From Monocercomonoides exilis PA203 (Eukaryota; Protista; Preaxostyla): a stretch of 64,000 nt of DNA. Position 1 is the stretch's first letter; each line of letters starts with the position of its first letter. The stretch covers positions 1,795,849-1,859,848 of the forward strand of contig LSRY02000014.1 of assembly GCA_001643675.2 (NCBI GenBank). The letters are read 5' to 3'. Below are positions 59,151-64,000 of the stretch, piece by piece. The position numbers and the translations under genes are program-made. The notes beneath the pieces are model-generated. The model searched no databases. It saw only the letters and a list, made by a program, of their open reading frames with translations, and was not told the DNA's origin.

Positions 59151-60174
59151 CTTTTCGTTCGTTTAGTCTAGACGATTTTCATATATATATTAACCTAGAC
59201 AATACATTCAAAACAAAGGGACAACTTTCATAGAAATAAATATTTTGTTTGAAAATTTCACGATGATTGAATCAAAGTGTTTCAGAAATGTAGATTATAT
59301 TAAGAGTTATTCAACAAAAAAATGTGTGTTGATATTGAAAATTTTTGACTAAAGTAGTTGGAAAAAAATGTTTGTTTTTTTGTCCAGTCATTTCTGGTCA
59401 TTTCGAATTTTTTATTTTTTTCAATTTTTTTTCGATTCAGATCCAGTTTTTTGTGGTGAGATCGATTGTAATATGGATGATTCATCATTCTATTCACTTT
59501 TTATCGAACAATATGGACTTTTCATTTTTCATGAAAATTTTATGAGAAAATTTTCGGTCATTTTTTTGGATCAAAAAAAAATTGTATCTCGATGAAAAAA
59601 ATTTTGCGAGACCTGAGACTTTACCAGCGTGTACTACATGTAATTTGTGAATTTTTGAAGTCAGTGTCAAAAATTCGAAAATTTTGAAAAAATTGATTTT
59701 TTTCATTAGCCAAGTCATATGTCAGGTCAATGAGAAAAAAGTTGAAAATATCGATTTTTGTGAAAATTTTTATTGGAAGATGATATTTCACCAAAAGTTC
59801 GGATAATTCGCGAATAGTCAGCTGAATTTTTTTCTCGGGCCAGATTGGTCTGGTTAGTGAGAAAATGTCATATGAAGATTTTGACTGAAAAAGTGGTGAT
59901 CTTAGATCAACGACCGAAAAATATGTGGTCTCAGATTCCTTTGATAATTGGCAAGTGGCAAGGACGTGGTCCCCTTATAAACATACTCTAATCTAAATTT
60001 TTTCTACCGAGCGGTTGTGGCAGGGCAGTGCGGACAAGTTGATGATTTTGACTGAAAAATCGAAAAATATTTTTTTTCTCGTAAATTTCAAAGTGGATAC
60101 TAAATATGATTCTATGAATGAATATGCGTTGTAATGTTGTATATTGGTGATTTTTGGTTGAATACACTTAATTG

Positions 60175-60941
60175 TTAGGTTAGGTTAGGGTTAGGTTAGG
60201 TTAGGTTAGGGTTAGGGTTAGGGTTAGGTTAGGGTTAGGGTTAGGGTTAGGGTTAGGTTAGGTTAGGGTTAGGTTAGGGTTAGGGTTAGGGTTAGGGTTA
60301 GGGTTAGGGTTAGGGTTAGGGTTAGGGTTAGGTTAGGGTTAGGGTTAGGGTTAGGGTTAGGGTTAGGGTTAGGGTAGGTTAGGGTTAGGTTAGGTTAGGT
60401 TAGGGTTAGGTTAGGGTTAGGGTTAGGGTTAGGGTTAGGGTTAGGTTAGGGTTAGGGTTAGGTTAGGTTAGGGTTAGGGTTAGGGTTAGGGTTAGGGTTA
60501 GGGTTAGGGTTAGGGTTAGGGTTAGGGTTAGGGTTAGGGTTAGGGTTAGGGTTAGGGTTAGGGTTAGGGTTAGGGTTAGGGTTAGGTTAGGGTTAGGGTT
60601 AGGTTAGGGTTAGGGTTAGGGTTAGGGTTAGGGTTAGGGTTAGGGTTAGGGTTAGGGTTAGGGTTAGGGTTAGGGTTAGGTTAGGGTTAGGGTTCAAACT
60701 AGGTTAGGGTTAGGGTTAGGGTTAGGGTTAGGGTTAGGGTTAGGGTTAGGGTTAGGGTTAGGGTTAGGGTTAGGGTTAGGGTTAGGGTTAGGGTTAGGGT
60801 TAGGGTTAGGGTTAGGGTTAGGGTTAGGGTTAGGGTTAGGGTTAGGGTTAGGGTTAGGTTAGGGTTAGGGTTAGGGTTAGGGTTAGGGTTAGGGTTAGGG
60901 TTAGGTTAGGGTTAGGGTTAGGGTTAGGGTTAGGGTTAGGG

Positions 60942-60982
<41 letters not shown>

Positions 60983-63902
60983 GGTTAGGGTTAGGGTTAG
61001 GGGTTAGGGTTACTAGGTTAGGGTTAGGGTTAGGGTTAGGGTTAGGGTTAGGGTTAGGGTTAGGGTTAGGGTTAGGGTTAGGGTTAGGGTTAGGGTTAGG
61101 TTAGGGTTAGGGTTAGGGTTAGGGTTAGGGTTAGGGTTAGGGTTAGGGTTAGGGTTAGGGTTAGGGTTAGGGTTAGGGTTAGGGTTAGGGTTAGGGTTAG
61201 GGTTAGGGTTAGGGTTAGGGTTAGGGTTAGGGTTAGGGTTAGGGTTAGGTTAGGGTTAGGGTTAGGGTTAGGGTTAGGGTTAGGGTTAGGGTTAGGGTTA
61301 GGGTTAGGGTTAGGGTTAGGGTTAGGGTTAGGGTTAGGGTTAGGGTTAGGGTTAGGGTTAGGGTTAGGGTTAGGGTTAGGGTTAGGGTTAGGGTTAGGTT
61401 AGGGTTAGGGTTAGGGTTAGGGTTAGGGTTAGGGTTAGGGTTAGGGTTAGGGTTAGGGTTAGGGTTAGGTTAGGGTTAGGGTTAGGTTAGGGTTAGGGTT
61501 AGGGTTAGGGTTAGGGTTAGGGTTAGGGTTAGGGTTAGGGTTAGGGTTAGGGTTAGGGTTAGGGTTAGGGTTAGGGTTAGGGTTAGGGTTAGGGTTAGGG
61601 TTAGGGTTAGGGTTAGGGTTAGGGTTAGGGTTAGGGTTAGGTTAGGGTTAGGTTAGGGTTAGGGTTAGGGTTAGGGTTAGGTTAGGGTTAGGGTTAGGGT
61701 TAGGGTTAGGTTAGGGTTAGGGTTAGGGTTAGGGTTAGGTTAGGGTTAGGGTTAGGGTTAGGGTTAGGGTTAGGGTTAGGGTTAGGGTTAGGGTTAGGGT
61801 TAGGGTTAGGGTTAGGGTTAGGGTTAGGGTTAGGGTTAGGGTTAGGGTTAGGGTTAGGGTTAGGGTTAGGGTTAGGGTTAGGGTTAGGGTTAGGGTTAGG
61901 GTTAGGGTTAGGGTTAGGGTTAGGGTTAGGGTTAGGGGTTAGGGTTAGGGTTAGGGTTAGGGTTAGGGTTAGGGTTAGGGTTAGGGTTAGGGGTTAGGGT
62001 TAGGGTTAGGGTTAGGGTTAGGGTTAGGGTTAGGGTTAGGGTTAGGGTTAGGGTTAGGGTTAGGGTTAGGGTTAGGGTTAGGGTTAGGGTTAGGGTTAGG
62101 GTTAGGGTTAGGGTTAGGGTTAGGGTTAGGGTTAGGGTTAGGGTTAGGGTTAGGGTTAGGGTTAGGGTTAGGGTTAGGGTTAGGGTTAGGGTTAGGGTTA
62201 GGGTTAGGGTTAGGGTTAGGGTTAGGGTTAGGGTTAGGGTTAGGGTTAGGGTTAGGTTAGGGTTAGGGTTAGGGTTAGGTTAGGGTTAGGGTTAGGGTTA
62301 GGGTTAGGGTTAGGGTTAGGGTTAGGGTTAGGGTTAGGGTTAGGGTTAGGGTTAGGGTTAGGGTTAGGGTTAGGGTTAGGGTTAGGGTTAGGGTTAGGGT
62401 TAGGGTTAGGGTTAGGGTTAGGGTTAGGGTTAGGGTTAGGGTTAGGGTTAGGTTAGGGTTAGGGTTAGGGTTAGGGTTAGGTTAGGGTTAGGGTTAGGGT
62501 TAGGGTTAGGGTTAGGGTTAGGGGTTAGGGTTAGGGTTAGGGTTAGGGTTAGGGTTAGGGTTAGGGTTAGGGGTTAGGGTTAGGGTTAGGGTTAGGGTTA
62601 GGGTTAGGGTTAGGGTTAGGTTAGGTTAGGGTTAGGGTTAGGGTTAGGGTTAGGGTTAGGGTTAGGGTTAAGTTAGGTTAGGGTTAGGGTTAGGGTTAGG
62701 TTAGGGTTAGGGTTAAAATTAAAATTAAAATTAAAAATTAAAATTAAAATTAAATTAAATTAAAATTAAAATTAGGAATTGGAATTAAAATTGAAATTAG
62801 GGTTAGGGTTAGGGTTGGGTTAGGGTTAGGGTTAGGGTTGGGGTTAGGGTTAGGTTAGGGTTAGGGTTAGGGTTAGGGTTAGGGAAGTTAGGGTTAGGGT
62901 TAGGGTGGGGTTAGGGTTAGGGTTAGGGTTGGGGTTAGGGTTGGGTTAGGGTTGAGGTTAGGGTTAGGGTTAGGGTTAGGGTTAGGGTTAGGGTTAGGGT
63001 TAGGGTTAGGGTTAGGTTGGGGTTAGGGTTAGGGTTAGGGTTAGGGTTAGGGTTAGGGTTGGGTTAGGGTTAGGGTTAGGGTTGGGGTTAGGGTTAGGGT
63101 TAGGGTTGGGGTTAGGAGTTGGGGTTAGGGTTAGGGTTAGGGTTAGGGTTGGGGTTAGGGTTAGGGTTAGTTGGGGTTCAAGGTTAGGTTGGGGTTAGGG
63201 TTAGGGTTAGGGTTAGGGTTAGGGTTAGGGTTAGGGTTAGGGTTGGGGTTAGGGTTAGGGTTGGGTTAGGGTTAGGGTTAGGGTTAGGGTTAGGGTTAGG
63301 GTTAGGGTTAGGGTTAGGGTTAGGGTTAGGTTAGGGTTAGGGTTAGGGTTGGGTTAGGGTTAGGGTTAGGGTTAGGGTTAGGGTTAGGGTTAGGGTTAGG
63401 GTTGGGGTTAAACTAGGGTTAGGGTTAGGGTTAGGGTTAGGGTTAGGGTTAGGGTTAGGGTTAGGGTTAGGGTTGGGGTAGGGTTAGGGTTAGGGTTAGG
63501 GTAGGGTTAGGGGTTAGGGTTAGGGTTAGGGTTAGGGTTAGGGTTGGGGGGGTTAGGAGTTGGGGTTAGGGTTAGGGTTAGGGTTAGGGTTAGGGTTAGG
63601 GTTAGGGTTGGGTTAGGGTTAGGGTTAGGGTTAGGGTTAGAGGGTTAGGGTTAGGGTTAGGTTAGGGTTAGGGTTAGGGTTAGGGTTAGGGTTGGGGTTA
63701 GGGTTAGGGTTAGGGTTAGGGTTGGGGTTGGGGTTAGGGTTAGGGTTAGGGTTAGGGTTAGGGTTCGGGTTAGGGTTGGGGTTAGGGTTAGGTTAGGGTT
63801 GGGGTTGGTGGGGTTAGGGTTAGGGTTAGGGTTAGGGTTAGGGGTTAGGTTAGGGGTTAGGGTTAGGGTTAGGGTTAAACTAGGTTAGGGTTAGGGTTAG
63901 GG

Positions 63903-63943
<41 letters not shown>

Positions 63944-64000
63944 GGTTGAGGTTGGGGTTAGGGTTGGGGTTGGAAGTTAGGGTTAGGGTTAGGGTTAGGG
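60175..64000 (+). repeat. Telomere (TTAGGG)n
   Basis: About 3.8 kb tandem TTAGGG with the G-rich strand running toward the end. TTAGG variants are concentrated proximally; the array is noisy distal to about 62710. Confidence 0.99.

Noticed and set aside
62713-62797. (TTAAAA)n block inside the telomere, plus scattered AAACTAGG/TTGGGG variants distally
   Set aside because: TTAGGG-to-TTAAAA miscalling is a known nanopore basecalling artefact, and the distal array looks like low-coverage consensus. Not treated as biology without accurate reads.
1-64000. CRISPR arrays, rRNA, tRNA
   Set aside because: No repeat-spacer array or recognisable rRNA/tRNA structure seen.

Overview
Eukaryotic, AT-rich chromosome end in the standard genetic code, with short spliceosomal introns that have GT(T/G)TG donors. 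It terminates in about 3.8 kb of (TTAGGG)n telomere (60175-64000). The gene style (purine-skewed codons, E/K/S low-complexity tracts, giant beta-helix receptor-pseudokinase, multicopy EMALLALS/YQSAW/EEEGYED family) resembles an oxymonad such as Monocercomonoides; this is inference, not a database match. From proximal to distal the window holds: a partial ARM-like gene; a Merlin (IS1595/ISXO2-like DDE) transposon with a perfect 8-bp TSD and a nested MITE; a membrane-anchored MOCOS/NifS-like gene; an ATG5 gene hugely expanded by low-complexity insertions; five copies of a lineage-specific two-exon family; an importin-alpha-like ARM gene; a ~3030-aa receptor-like pseudokinase; a 4.7-kb TIR element sharing its ends with three ~245-bp MITEs (4-bp ANNT TSDs); two more Merlin copies; a GC-richer structured non-coding island; and two divergent, decayed genes fusing a tyrosine recombinase to a Myb-like domain, just inside the telomere. 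The YR-Myb elements are the best candidate for an undescribed system.
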